Of a stretch of DNA of 61,145 nt, positions 1 to 9,113 are shown piece by piece (the stretch's first letter is position 1; each line of letters starts with the position of its first letter). The DNA comes from a virus, in IMG/VR virus record IMGVR_UViG_3300045988_167077, positions 1 to 61,145 of that record; one strand, written 5' to 3'. The position numbers and the translations under genes were made by a program. A model generated the notes under the pieces. The model was not told the origin of the DNA and did no database searches. It saw only the letters and a list, made by a program, of their open reading frames with translations.

Positions 1-99
1 CCACAATAGCAAAAACGGGGGCGAAAAATTTGCCTCTGTCAATCTATTGTGGGTTTGTACTTTTCTTTAGTGGCTGCGGTAAAGTTAAATAAAAAAAAC
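1..99. repeat. Terminal direct repeat, copy A (identical to 61047-61145)
   Basis: Bases 1-99 recur exactly at 61047-61145. This implies a circular or terminally redundant molecule with 61,046 unique bp. Confidence 0.95.
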
Positions 100-107
100 A
101 TAAAAGC

Positions 108-398
108 ATGAAAAAGTCGGAAATTTTTTCACAAATACTTTCAGATGTCTCTGCTGAGGCCGAAATAGACAGCGACCGGATACTGTCCGATTCACGCGTA
201 GAAGAGGTCGTGGACGCCCGCTACCTGGTTATTTTTCTGTTGCTTGCCAATGGGTTCTATCCTGTTATGATTGCAGAACGGATGAACATGTCACAACGCG
301 CCGTCAGGAGTGCGATATCGAGTTTTGAGTCCAGGCTGGCGAACGCAGTAGGTCTTAGGCTTGTATTTGAAAGGATGTCCAAAAAGTGGTTGACGTAA
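108..398 (+). CDS. Small DNA-binding protein with DnaA domain IV-like helix-turn-helix
   Basis: 96-aa ORF with ATG start. DSRVEEVVDARYLVIFLLLANGFYPVMIAERMNMSQRAVRSAI resembles the DnaA C-terminal (Bac_DnaA_C) HTH pattern. Confidence 0.55.
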   Translation: MKKSEIFSQILSDVSAEAEIDSDRILSDSRVEEVVDARYLVIFLLLANGFYPVMIAERMNMSQRAVRSAISSFESRLANAVGLRLVFERMSKKWLT

Positions 399-548
399 AA
401 GAGAAACAATGTGGAGCCAAATGGGATGCAAGGGAGAAGTAACTGCTTATCATTCAAGTGACAAGATAGTATGTTTGCAGCACGATGTACACGTGCCAAG
501 ACCGCCTAAGGCTCAAGAGGCGGGAGTAACATTAAAACTATAGAAATC

Positions 549-1046
549 ATGGATGACAACATGTTACCTTACATCCTCGACAGGAGAGACGACTGCCGTC
601 ATAGAGGCTCGAAGGGGATGGCTGCGACAGGTATCGGCCTGGCTGCAGGACTCGGTGGAGGCGCATTGCTCTTTGCGATTGCCGGTCTTTGGGGGCTGAA
701 TAAGGCTTCAGAGGCTAGAGCAGCAGGAGCGACCCAGGGACTCGCAGGAATTACCACAGCATTGGCTGCACTCAACGGACACGTCGCCAACGAGCGCGCA
801 TCACGCGAAGCTTGGCAGGCGGCAAACGCGCCTAGCATACGCAATTACGTGGATGTAAGCAATACGCCGGTCGCCGCTTCCACAAGCGTTTCCAGCGCAG
901 TCGCTGATGCTCTCGCATTGGCCGCTGCACTGAACAACAACGGCAACGCGCTCAACAGTGCAATCGGACAGGAAAGCTTCCTGCGCGTGCAGAGATACTC
1001 CGCTCCGCAGCCGTGCGGATGCGACACTTGCGGGTGCGGTAATTAA
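549..1046 (+). CDS. Membrane-anchored Gly/Ala-rich protein, unknown function
   Basis: 165-aa ORF. Hydrophobic GIGLAAGLGGGALLFAIAGLWGL segment, Ala-rich body, C-terminal CGCDTCGCGN. Confidence 0.55.
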   Translation: MDDNMLPYILDRRDDCRHRGSKGMAATGIGLAAGLGGGALLFAIAGLWGLNKASEARAAGATQGLAGITTALAALNGHVANERASREAWQAANAPSIRNYVDVSNTPVAASTSVSSAVADALALAAALNNNGNALNSAIGQESFLRVQRYSAPQPCGCDTCGCGN

Positions 1047-1060
1047 AATACCAGGAGGCC

Positions 1061-1402
1061 ATGTCCCAATTCTTCAATAACAAACCACGCATAGACATCT
1101 CAATGCTGCAGCCTACTTCGAAGCTGTCGCTCAAGCTTACATGCCTCGCAGCTTGCGGGAACGACGTGAAAACTGCAACGGAACTATATGAATTCATTGC
1201 CGGCGACATGTCGCTTCCGGATGTGGATCCGGAGAGGCCGACGACCTTCCAGAGGATTCAGCAGGGCGCTGAGGGCATATTCGGATGGGTCCAGGAGCAT
1301 AGGGATGAACTGCTGCAGGGCTATCAGCTGATCAAGGGGCTGAGGGGTGGAACGGCTGCGGCTACGCCACCGGCTGCCCCACCAATACCTGACATCTCAT
1401 GA
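1061..1402 (+). CDS. Hypothetical protein
   Basis: 113-aa ORF with ATG preceded by AGGAGG, a rare SD-like site in this genome. Stop overlaps the next start. Confidence 0.55.
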   Translation: MSQFFNNKPRIDISMLQPTSKLSLKLTCLAACGNDVKTATELYEFIAGDMSLPDVDPERPTTFQRIQQGAEGIFGWVQEHRDELLQGYQLIKGLRGGTAAATPPAAPPIPDIS

Positions 1403-1587
1403 TACCATACAAGGCACAATTCTACGTCTATGCGGAAAGCGAGCAGGACGTCAAGACTCTGGAAAAGGAGCTGCATGACTTCATTGCCTCGCAATACGCT
1501 AAGGGCGTTCTGGTCACTGCACCGAAACTCACCGACGCGATAAGGAGATTTGGGACCAACCTCCTCATAACCCAATTCCTGAAATGA
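1399..1587 (+). CDS. Hypothetical small protein
   Basis: 62-aa ORF translationally coupled (ATGA overlaps) to both neighbours. Confidence 0.5.
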   Translation: MIPYKAQFYVYAESEQDVKTLEKELHDFIASQYAKGVLVTAPKLTDAIRRFGTNLLITQFLK

Positions 1588-1778
1588 GCGATTCACCGAA
1601 GAACATCTTCGAGCAGATATTATATGGCCTTGAAGTCACGAACAAAAACGTGGTGGACATATCCAAGGACATAGCCATGCTGCTTGATGAAATCGCCGAC
1701 CTCAAGGCGGCGATACATCCGACCACCGCACCGGACGGAACGGATGTACCCTTTTCCGGGAATACAATAAAAGAATGA
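1584..1778 (+). CDS. Hypothetical small protein
   Basis: 64-aa ORF with ATGA overlap to the upstream gene. Confidence 0.5.
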   Translation: MSDSPKNIFEQILYGLEVTNKNVVDISKDIAMLLDEIADLKAAIHPTTAPDGTDVPFSGNTIKE

Positions 1779-1782
1779 CATT

Positions 1783-2193
1783 ATGGCGAAAAATGCTATC
1801 ATAACAACGACCCTTGCGGCGGGTTCGGCCGCATCTCCATATTACTTCATGACAAACCTGACGAAGTCGCTTTGCGCTCCATGTTGCGCGGCAACCCCGC
1901 CCGTATTCGCGCCTAAATTCTCGGTCGTGGGAATTTCGGCCGTAGGTACAGGCCAGTATGTCGCGACTATCAATGTCCAGGGGCTTGTTACTTACGATCC
2001 GTGCGGGACCAGCTGCTGCGCGAAGACGGAGCCGGTAAACCAGAACTTCACCATCCCGTTTGCCTCGACAGCTGCGCCGACATCGGTGTCAGTCACGGCC
2101 GGGACTACGGTCAACGTCATCTCCGTGCAACCTTGCAAGGTATGCGGACGGGTGTTCGTCTCTGAAACGCCTCTTGCATTGACAGTGGCATAG
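1783..2193 (+). CDS. Cys-rich beta-type protein, unknown function
   Basis: 136-aa ORF with paired cysteines CAPCC, CGTSCC and CKVC. Thr/Val/Ala-rich. Confidence 0.55.
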   Translation: MAKNAIITTTLAAGSAASPYYFMTNLTKSLCAPCCAATPPVFAPKFSVVGISAVGTGQYVATINVQGLVTYDPCGTSCCAKTEPVNQNFTIPFASTAAPTSVSVTAGTTVNVISVQPCKVCGRVFVSETPLALTVA

Positions 2194-2197
2194 TGCT

Positions 2198-2500
2198 ATG
2201 GGCTGGGCAGGAATCGCGCTGCTGGTGGCCTTCTCGGTCGCTTTGGCGCATCACCTTGGCCTTGTCGAGAAAGTGGCCGAGACTGTACGGGAAATAGCCG
2301 GATGCGCCCGTTGCTCCGTATTCTGGGTGGTTTTCTGCGTATTACTCCTGGAGGGAGTTCACGCTGTGGTCGCCTTCGGAGCCGCGATTGTCCTGGCTTA
2401 CCTCACCGACTGGCTCGGCCTCTTGTTTTTCAAGGCCGCGAAACTATATGACAAACTATGGCAAAGAATAAACAACCGGCAGAACGGGCTAATGAATTGA
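2198..2500 (+). CDS. Small integral membrane protein
   Basis: 100-aa ORF with 2-3 hydrophobic helices (GWAGIALLVAFSVALA, VFWVVFCVLLL, VVAFGAAIVLAYL). Confidence 0.55.
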   Translation: MGWAGIALLVAFSVALAHHLGLVEKVAETVREIAGCARCSVFWVVFCVLLLEGVHAVVAFGAAIVLAYLTDWLGLLFFKAAKLYDKLWQRINNRQNGLMN

Positions 2501-2588
2501 CACCGCCTGTCAGGCAGGTCAGGACAATCGAATATCGGCCTGTTCCCAAGTTCGGCGGATGCCCGGGATGCCTTAAAACAGGTACGAA

Positions 2589-3062
2589 ATGAAAAACGAA
2601 ATATCAACAAGGTTTATGGCTCTTCTCCGTGAGAGGATAGACAACGAGACGGGTCAGGCAATCATAACCAAAATGGTCGGTGCGATGGACGGTAACCGGT
2701 GCGAGACCATTGTGGAGGAATGCGAAGACATGGTACGGTTCCGCAATTACCTTTCTGAAGACGAAGCAATGGACGTCGTCCGGAAGTTCATGAACTTCGA
2801 CGGTTCACGAGGTCCGCACTGGAGCAAGCCGGAAGACGCTTTCAGGGCTGTCCAATCCCTGGGGCTCCAGTATGAGGCGGACGGCGGGTATAACCGTTGG
2901 GCATTCTTTGTGGTGCTCAATATGGTCTGGTCGGACGAATGGGGCGTGCTTCATAACTACGTTTCTCCGGATCAGGAGGTCCGTGTCTGTGCGGAGCTCG
3001 CGCAGGCCAAGCTGGAGGATGTGGACAAGGTCTTCTCCGTGCGCAAGTATTTTGGAGTATGA
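2589..3062 (+). CDS. Hypothetical protein
   Basis: 157-aa ORF with coding-like composition, followed by a strong hairpin. Confidence 0.6.
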   Translation: MKNEISTRFMALLRERIDNETGQAIITKMVGAMDGNRCETIVEECEDMVRFRNYLSEDEAMDVVRKFMNFDGSRGPHWSKPEDAFRAVQSLGLQYEADGGYNRWAFFVVLNMVWSDEWGVLHNYVSPDQEVRVCAELAQAKLEDVDKVFSVRKYFGV

Positions 3063-3089
3063 TCTTCATGTCCGGAACGGTCACAGTTT

Positions 3090-3122
3090 ACAGCCCGGAG
3101 GTCAAAAGTGCCTCCGGGCTGT
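3090..3122 (+). terminator. Stem-loop, probable intrinsic terminator
   Basis: Perfect 12-bp stem acagcccggagg / cctccgggctgt with a 9-nt loop, 28 nt after the stop at 3062. The T-tract is weak. Confidence 0.5.
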
Positions 3123-3179
3123 CACTTTATATAAACAGATAAAAGGCATTTGTCCGGGCGTTCTAATATATTCGCCATC

Positions 3180-3659
3180 ATGAAGACACTTACGCTTAAA
3201 ATAATCAAGGTCAATGTGTATAATGAAGTGGCGAAGACCACGAGTTATACCGGAGCAAAGAAATTGGATGACGAATCCGCCTATGACAGGATCTTCACGA
3301 CTGACGCAGACCGGCTGATGCTTGAAAGGTTCTGGAATGAGGCGTGCGGCATGGCAAACGATACGCTGAAACCGTTTCTCGTAAAGACAAGTGACAATGC
3401 GCCGGGACATTGCATGGACCTGAGCCTGGACTACGATGTCACATTGTCCATGCCGCAGCGCTTCGACGATTGTCTGCGCCCGGCAATCGAGTCAGACCTG
3501 TTCAGTTTCTTTACCAACTACATCGTCAGCAAATGGTATGGCTTTACCGCAAAGGACGAAGTCCCGGCATATTCGGCCGAGGCGGCTTCTTCATTGAAGT
3601 CGTTCAAAAAGAAAATATATTTCAAGAAGAGGCCTGAGCGGCCTTCCACTAATCTATAA
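3180..3659 (+). CDS. Virion-associated small protein, paralog family member 1 (C-terminal KKRPERP tail)
   Basis: ORF opens at 3150; ATG at 3180 (MKTLTLK) is preferred. Shares architecture and a basic KKRPERP C-terminus with 4160-4645 and 7507-8016. Confidence 0.6.
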   Translation: MKTLTLKIIKVNVYNEVAKTTSYTGAKKLDDESAYDRIFTTDADRLMLERFWNEACGMANDTLKPFLVKTSDNAPGHCMDLSLDYDVTLSMPQRFDDCLRPAIESDLFSFFTNYIVSKWYGFTAKDEVPAYSAEAASSLKSFKKKIYFKKRPERPSTNL

Positions 3660-3670
3660 TCATAACGTAT

Positions 3671-4153
3671 ATGGAGAGAAAAAAGACAATATGTATCGAC
3701 TTCGACGGAGTCATCGCCGACTATTCGGACGGATACCAGGGCGAGGACAAGTTCGGGGATATGGTCGTGAATGCAGACATAGGCACGCAGATCCTCAAGA
3801 AAAAGGGGTGGCGTATCATAATATATACTACACGCCCAGTGACCGAGGCGCTGAAGAAGTATCTTGCCGACAACAAGATTGCCTATGATTATATCAACGA
3901 GAATCCTGACCAGCCTAAGGGCAGCGACATCTCCAAAGGATGCAAGATTGCCGCTGATGTATATCTGGACGACCGTGCCGTATCGTTCCGCGGAAACTGG
4001 GAATGGACTGTCAACGACATAGCATGGTTCCAGCCATGGAGCAAACCGAAGGATGACATGAAGAAGAAAATGGAGAAGTCGTATGACGAGAACGACATCT
4101 GGAAGAGGGGCGGCGAGAAACGCACAAAGGCAGTAGGCTGCAGCAACACATAA
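3671..4153 (+). CDS. HAD-superfamily phosphatase (5'-nucleotidase / Pnkp-phosphatase-like)
   Basis: N-terminal ICIDFDGVIADY (DxDxV motif I), IIIYTTRP (motif II-like) and DVYLDDRA (motif IV). Confidence 0.7.
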   Translation: MERKKTICIDFDGVIADYSDGYQGEDKFGDMVVNADIGTQILKKKGWRIIIYTTRPVTEALKKYLADNKIAYDYINENPDQPKGSDISKGCKIAADVYLDDRAVSFRGNWEWTVNDIAWFQPWSKPKDDMKKKMEKSYDENDIWKRGGEKRTKAVGCSNT

Positions 4154-4159
4154 TAAGAT

Positions 4160-4645
4160 ATGGCAAAGAAGCAGATACCGATAACATTGCGCCTGGATGA
4201 CATCATGTATGACATCCGGAACAAGACATACGTGGTAGGCCGCAGCAAGGACACGGGTGAAAATCCGGAGCAGGTGGCCGGCATCCAGGCAGATGACGAG
4301 CCGGAAAGTCTCAACCAGATATTGAGGAGCATCGGAACTGCCTTTGCGTCAGTCCGCATGCAGCTGTCGAAGTACATTGACACCGTACAGACTTCAGGAG
4401 ACAACGCGCAGTTTGAGGGGGACTCCGACTTGGATCTGGTCCTCAATCTCCCGGACAACTTCGACGAGACGGCCATAGACGTGCTCTCCAGTTCAATGCA
4501 CAACTACATCGTCAACACAGCGATTGCGGGGTGGTTCTCACTGACGAACCAGGAAGAGATGGAGAAATATGTGGAACTCGCAAGAAGCAACAACATCCAG
4601 ATGATGAAGGCGCTTCATACCAGGAAACGACCAGAAAGACCATAA
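4160..4645 (+). CDS. Virion-associated small protein, paralog family member 2 (C-terminal RKRPERP tail)
   Basis: 161-aa ORF. N-terminal LDDIMYDIRN, central acidic region, YIVNTAIAGW motif, C-terminal TRKRPERP. Confidence 0.6.
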   Translation: MAKKQIPITLRLDDIMYDIRNKTYVVGRSKDTGENPEQVAGIQADDEPESLNQILRSIGTAFASVRMQLSKYIDTVQTSGDNAQFEGDSDLDLVLNLPDNFDETAIDVLSSSMHNYIVNTAIAGWFSLTNQEEMEKYVELARSNNIQMMKALHTRKRPERP

Positions 4646-4655
4646 AGGACAGACC

Positions 4656-7427
4656 ATGGACAAAGAAATCAGATATACGGGACAGACCGCCGCTCCGTCC
4701 GACTATGACTGCGCGGACGGGACTCTTGCGCTGTCAATGAACCTGTGGCCCGAGAATGGCGCGCTGAAACCTGTCCTGCAACCAAAGTTCCTTCTCAATA
4801 CCGGTGACCCGGCGCGTGTCGTGCGGTGCGTCCATTCGACCGCTTCGTACAAGCATTACATTGCCACGTATACGGATGATGACGGACTGGAGTTGAGCTA
4901 TTTTTATTTTGACGAAAACGGCACTGCCCAGCGCTCCCTGATTGACTCCGGCCTCAGATATGCCGTCACGGACATCACTGCCGTCGGCAACACCATCGTC
5001 CTGCTTACGGATGAGGGTCTGCAATATTACCTGTGGCAGAATTCCTCGTACAAATATATTGGCGACCATCTTCCTGAGCTGCATCTGGCCTTCGGCCTTA
5101 AAGGCAGAATGGAGGCTTCGGACGAATTCCGGGTCACATTCCCGGAACCTATCTCAGGTCTCAGCCTCTTTTCTGCTGAATTGTCCGACAAAAACTCGAA
5201 TACGCTTACAAGTCGAGTCCTGGCAGAGGTGAACAAGTTCATAGCCGAAAAGGGTACAGACAATGGCAAATTCATAATGCCGTTCTTCGTCAGATATGCT
5301 TATCGGCTATATGATGGATCAGAGACAATGCATTCGGCACCGGTCCTCATGATAACCTCTGCCGGAATCACGCCGCAAGTGAATTGTCTGTATTCCAAGA
5401 AGGCCGTCACCCAGGCAGGGACTGTAATCAGCATTGACAGTGTCCGGGTAAGTGCGCCTGTATATGATCTGATGTTCAAGGCGGTTGAAGGCGGCGAAAC
5501 CAATGAAATCCTGGAACACTGGGGGGATATCATTGACTCGATAGACATCTTCATTTCAAAACCTATCTACTGGTACAACCAGAACGGGAAATGCAAAAAG
5601 CTGTCGAAGAATGCTTTCGTGGGCGAGACATTCGGTTATGACGAATGCGAGGAACAGAAGACGGGAAAATCATCTTACCGATGCCGGAGTGTCAAAGAGA
5701 TGTATTTGACCGCGTATGATTACAGTTACAACACGGAGGTGGATGCGGAAGCGTCCGTCAGACTGCCGGAAAAAGAGGATTACGACAAGGAAGTGGAAGA
5801 CTGTTCCTCATACTACCTTCTCAAGAGCTACAAGCCGTCTAAGCTGAGCACGGAAATTCAGCTGGTGGAAGTCGCAAAAGACTATCTCCAGTCACTTGTG
5901 AACCGTGAACCGCTTCCTGATGACTACGACAGCCACGACACCATTGCCGCGAACTGCGCCTTCGGGTACAATGCCAGGCTGAACCTTGCCAACATAAGCA
6001 AGAAGCTCTTTGACGGATTCACATCCATGACGATGTTCAATCTCTTCACCGGTACTGAGAATTCCGCAGTAATAGATTTCTTCGTCAAGATCAAACAGGA
6101 CGGCAAAGATGTCATTGTGCATTCGGCTGACCGCAACAACCTCTCAAGCGTGGCCTTCAACTCTCCTCTGTTATGGTTCTATTATCCGAACCCGAATGCG
6201 TACAAAGTCATCCTGCGTGTCAAGACCTTCAGGCGGGTGGAGAATACAATCGTGACTACGGTCAACCAATACGGATATGATCTGACGAAGCACGGATTCC
6301 TCAATGGGGCCTATTACTTTTCCGGGGGACTGAATTACTATGACGGAAGAAGCATAACTCATTGGTATTCCGCCACACCGTTGCCCGAATCGGAGCATGT
6401 CACTGAAAGTCAGGTGACAGACAGGATGATAAATCTGCCGAACAAGATATACACCTCGGAAGTCAACAACCCGTTCTATTTCCCGTTGACCGGGATAAAT
6501 ACGGTCGGAGTAGGGGAGATACTGGGCGTGAGCACCTCCACAAAGGCGTTGTCGCAGGGACAGTTCGGACAGTTCCCGCTGTACGCATTCGCGACTGACG
6601 GGATCTGGGCCCTGGAAGTGTCCGAGACCGGAGGATACAAGTCCAAGCAGCCTGTATCACGCGACGTCTGCACCAATGCCGAAAGCATCACCCAGACTGA
6701 TGACGCGGTTCTCTTCTCGTCGGAACGAGGCATAATGCTCATATCCGGTTCGGAGGTGATATGTCTTTCCGACATCATCGATGAAAGGAATGATGCCGTT
6801 TTCGGTATATTCTCTTATAGGGGATGCAGGGTGTTGGTCGGGGACGACGACCGTGACATCTACAGGACGCTCCGCTTCAGGGATTTCATCAGCGGCTGCC
6901 GCTTCCTGTATGACTATACCTCACGGCGGATCATAGCGTTCAACCCGTCATGCCGGTACGCATACATCTATTCGCTCAACGACAAGGCATGGGCGATGAT
7001 GCCGTCCAAAATCAGCCGCGCCGTCCTGTCCTATCCGGAGACATTGGCTATGACATCTGAGGGAGACTTGCTGGACTATTCTAAAAGAATTCCCAATAAG
7101 AAGACGAGTAACTTGTCAAGCATTGTCAATCAAGTCGTTGTGACAAGGCCGTTCAAGATGGACATGCCCGACGTCATGAAGACCATCGACACCATCATCC
7201 AAAGGGGCAATTTCAAACGCGGTCATGTGCAGCAGATATTGTATGGTTCAAGAGACTTGATTAATTGGACGCCAATATATTCTAGTGTTGACCACTATCT
7301 CAGAGGCTTCAGAGGTACACCATACAAGTATTTCCGTATCGCGCTAAAATGCAGCCTGACTGATGACGAAAGCCTGTCGGGAATGTCGGTGCAGTTCACG
7401 CCGCGATATACGAACCAGCCCCGTTGA
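4656..7427 (+). CDS. Large virion structural protein (tail or vertex component, function unknown)
   Basis: Uninterrupted 923-aa ORF on the structural strand. No catalytic motifs recognised. Confidence 0.7.
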   Translation: MDKEIRYTGQTAAPSDYDCADGTLALSMNLWPENGALKPVLQPKFLLNTGDPARVVRCVHSTASYKHYIATYTDDDGLELSYFYFDENGTAQRSLIDSGLRYAVTDITAVGNTIVLLTDEGLQYYLWQNSSYKYIGDHLPELHLAFGLKGRMEASDEFRVTFPEPISGLSLFSAELSDKNSNTLTSRVLAEVNKFIAEKGTDNGKFIMPFFVRYAYRLYDGSETMHSAPVLMITSAGITPQVNCLYSKKAVTQAGTVISIDSVRVSAPVYDLMFKAVEGGETNEILEHWGDIIDSIDIFISKPIYWYNQNGKCKKLSKNAFVGETFGYDECEEQKTGKSSYRCRSVKEMYLTAYDYSYNTEVDAEASVRLPEKEDYDKEVEDCSSYYLLKSYKPSKLSTEIQLVEVAKDYLQSLVNREPLPDDYDSHDTIAANCAFGYNARLNLANISKKLFDGFTSMTMFNLFTGTENSAVIDFFVKIKQDGKDVIVHSADRNNLSSVAFNSPLLWFYYPNPNAYKVILRVKTFRRVENTIVTTVNQYGYDLTKHGFLNGAYYFSGGLNYYDGRSITHWYSATPLPESEHVTESQVTDRMINLPNKIYTSEVNNPFYFPLTGINTVGVGEILGVSTSTKALSQGQFGQFPLYAFATDGIWALEVSETGGYKSKQPVSRDVCTNAESITQTDDAVLFSSERGIMLISGSEVICLSDIIDERNDAVFGIFSYRGCRVLVGDDDRDIYRTLRFRDFISGCRFLYDYTSRRIIAFNPSCRYAYIYSLNDKAWAMMPSKISRAVLSYPETLAMTSEGDLLDYSKRIPNKKTSNLSSIVNQVVVTRPFKMDMPDVMKTIDTIIQRGNFKRGHVQQILYGSRDLINWTPIYSSVDHYLRGFRGTPYKYFRIALKCSLTDDESLSGMSVQFTPRYTNQPR

Positions 7428-7446
7428 CGGGACAGACATAAATCAA

Positions 7447-7480
7447 GCACGGGGAGATGCTTCACAGCGTCTCCCCGTGC
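7447..7480. terminator. Bidirectional intrinsic terminator between convergent genes
   Basis: 14-bp stem gcacggggagatgc / gcgtctccccgtgc (one G:U) with loop ttcaca, between the stops at 7427 (+) and 7507 (-). Confidence 0.6.
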
Positions 7481-7506
7481 CGTTCCAAACACTAAAAACA
7501 TTAAAC

Positions 7507-8016
7507 TTATAATGGTGATATCTTTCTTCTTGTCTTTGTCCTGCGGATGCTCATGGCCTGCTTGATTCTCAGCCTGATGTCCCCAATCCTGTCAAGCCAC
7601 TTGGGAACGATCTCCGGTTTCGTGCTGCCCAGCCAGTCTGCCAGGACCCTGCCGACCACATAGTCATGCAGAAGCCCTTTGAGAAGGTCCGCCGTGGTCT
7701 GCGAGAATGTGTCCGGGAACCGGGCCGTTATATGATACTCTGTCGGTGCTGCAGGCCTGTTGTCAATGTCTCCGGCCTGTATCTCCCTGTTCGTATAAGG
7801 ATATAGCATCTCCTCACATTCGGAAACGGCAATGTTCATTGTCCTGTTTGTCTTGTCAATGTTGCCGTCCTGGGTGAGGTCCTGTAGTATTGCTTTCACC
7901 TTGTCTGCCTCATCCGGCATCAGGTCCCCTTCGATATATGCCTCGTTGGCGATGTCGTACAGGAGATTGTCTCTGCCGAGGATGAAATCCACCGTTATTG
8001 TCTTGTGCTCGTCCAT
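7507..8016 (-). CDS. Paralog family member 3 (basic C-terminal tail), encoded on the opposite strand
   Basis: 169-aa ORF. NLLYDIANEAY, YVVGRVLADW and C-terminal RRTKTRRKISPL parallel the 3180 and 4160 proteins. Confidence 0.6.
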   Translation of the reverse strand: MDEHKTITVDFILGRDNLLYDIANEAYIEGDLMPDEADKVKAILQDLTQDGNIDKTNRTMNIAVSECEEMLYPYTNREIQAGDIDNRPAAPTEYHITARFPDTFSQTTADLLKGLLHDYVVGRVLADWLGSTKPEIVPKWLDRIGDIRLRIKQAMSIRRTKTRRKISPL

Positions 8017-8017
8017 A

Positions 8018-8431
8018 TCATGATTTGTTAGATTGTCTGCCCAAATTGAACTGCGGAATCAGGACAATGGTCTTTCCCAGATTGTCCGTTTCGATGTCGC
8101 CTCCGGCCATTATCCTGGCCGTGTCGCCTCCGGATATCCCAAGTATCGAAGAACATATCTTCTTGCTGTAGGCCCTGAAGTTGCGCGTGCCGCTTTTGCT
8201 CGGGTAGCACTGGGCCTCATGCCGGCCGACGGCCCCGTCAGATCTCCGCAGGCGGACATACAGGTAATATTCTTCCTTCCCTCTGGCGATGTCTATCACG
8301 TCGCCAGCGCGGAGGGAGAGCCTTTCCGCGACTGACGCGGTGATGTCGATTCTTCCGTTCCTGTAGAAGGTGATGTCAGGACGTCTTGTCCTCTCTCCTA
8401 GTAACCTCTCCACAACTTCTATATGCTTCAT
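8018..8431 (-). CDS. Putative AbrB/SpoVT-like DNA-binding protein
   Basis: 137-aa ORF. RIDITASVAERLSLRAGDVIDI resembles the swapped-hairpin AbrB/MazE motif (tentative). Confidence 0.45.
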   Translation of the reverse strand: MKHIEVVERLLGERTRRPDITFYRNGRIDITASVAERLSLRAGDVIDIARGKEEYYLYVRLRRSDGAVGRHEAQCYPSKSGTRNFRAYSKKICSSILGISGGDTARIMAGGDIETDNLGKTIVLIPQFNLGRQSNKS

Positions 8432-8831
8432 ATCTTTTCGGTTTACATATTACATAATATCTTATCCCGTTGTTCTTCCTTCCGACTATGCTCAGCTTGA
8501 CCTTGATTTCAGGCGGAAGGCCGTAATCATAGAAGATCCTGTTCACGGTCGGCACCAGGGACTCGAAGCCCACGCACTTGTATTTGTCGTTATACATGAT
8601 GTCGGCAAGCTGCGTCTCCTGTTCAAGCTCAGGGTTGAACGTGAAGGCGTATTCGCCGCTTTCCGGGATAAGGAAGCACAGGACCTTCACCTTGTCCATC
8701 TTCGAGATCCTTGCCCTGCCGAAAAGTCCCTTTGAGAATGTGATGGAGTTGTCCTTCGCGTCAGCTATCACATAACACGATTTCCACACTATTCTCTCAA
8801 ACCAATCGATTATCGTCTGGAAATGTCTCAT
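8376..8831 (-). CDS. Hypothetical protein
   Basis: 151-aa ORF whose 3' end overlaps the next gene start by 56 nt. Confidence 0.5.
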   Translation of the reverse strand: MRHFQTIIDWFERIVWKSCYVIADAKDNSITFSKGLFGRARISKMDKVKVLCFLIPESGEYAFTFNPELEQETQLADIMYNDKYKCVGFESLVPTVNRIFYDYGLPPEIKVKLSIVGRKNNGIRYYVICKPKRYEAYRSCGEVTRREDKTS

Positions 8832-9064
8832 CTGCCGTATCCGCTTTGATATTCCTTTCTTGAGCGGAATGAAACCGTCTCAATGTATCTGTATGTCCTG
8901 TTGCTCTCCAGCTCTATCCTGTGGCGTTCCGCCTCATCCTTGGACCTGAAGATAAAGCTGCTTATGAGGGACTGGCTTGTCCCGTTCATATACACGATGT
9001 TCGCGTAGTACTTGTTGCCCAGTATGAAAGCGGCAATGTTCCTTATGACTGTCTCCGTAATCAT
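8828..9064 (-). CDS. Hypothetical small protein
   Basis: 78-aa ORF with ATGA-type overlap to the downstream gene. Confidence 0.5.
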   Translation of the reverse strand: MITETVIRNIAAFILGNKYYANIVYMNGTSQSLISSFIFRSKDEAERHRIELESNRTYRYIETVSFRSRKEYQSGYGR

Positions 9065-9113
9065 GTTCCGTTAAGATTTATTATGGTCGCCAATTATAAC
9101 AATTCTGTCCGTG

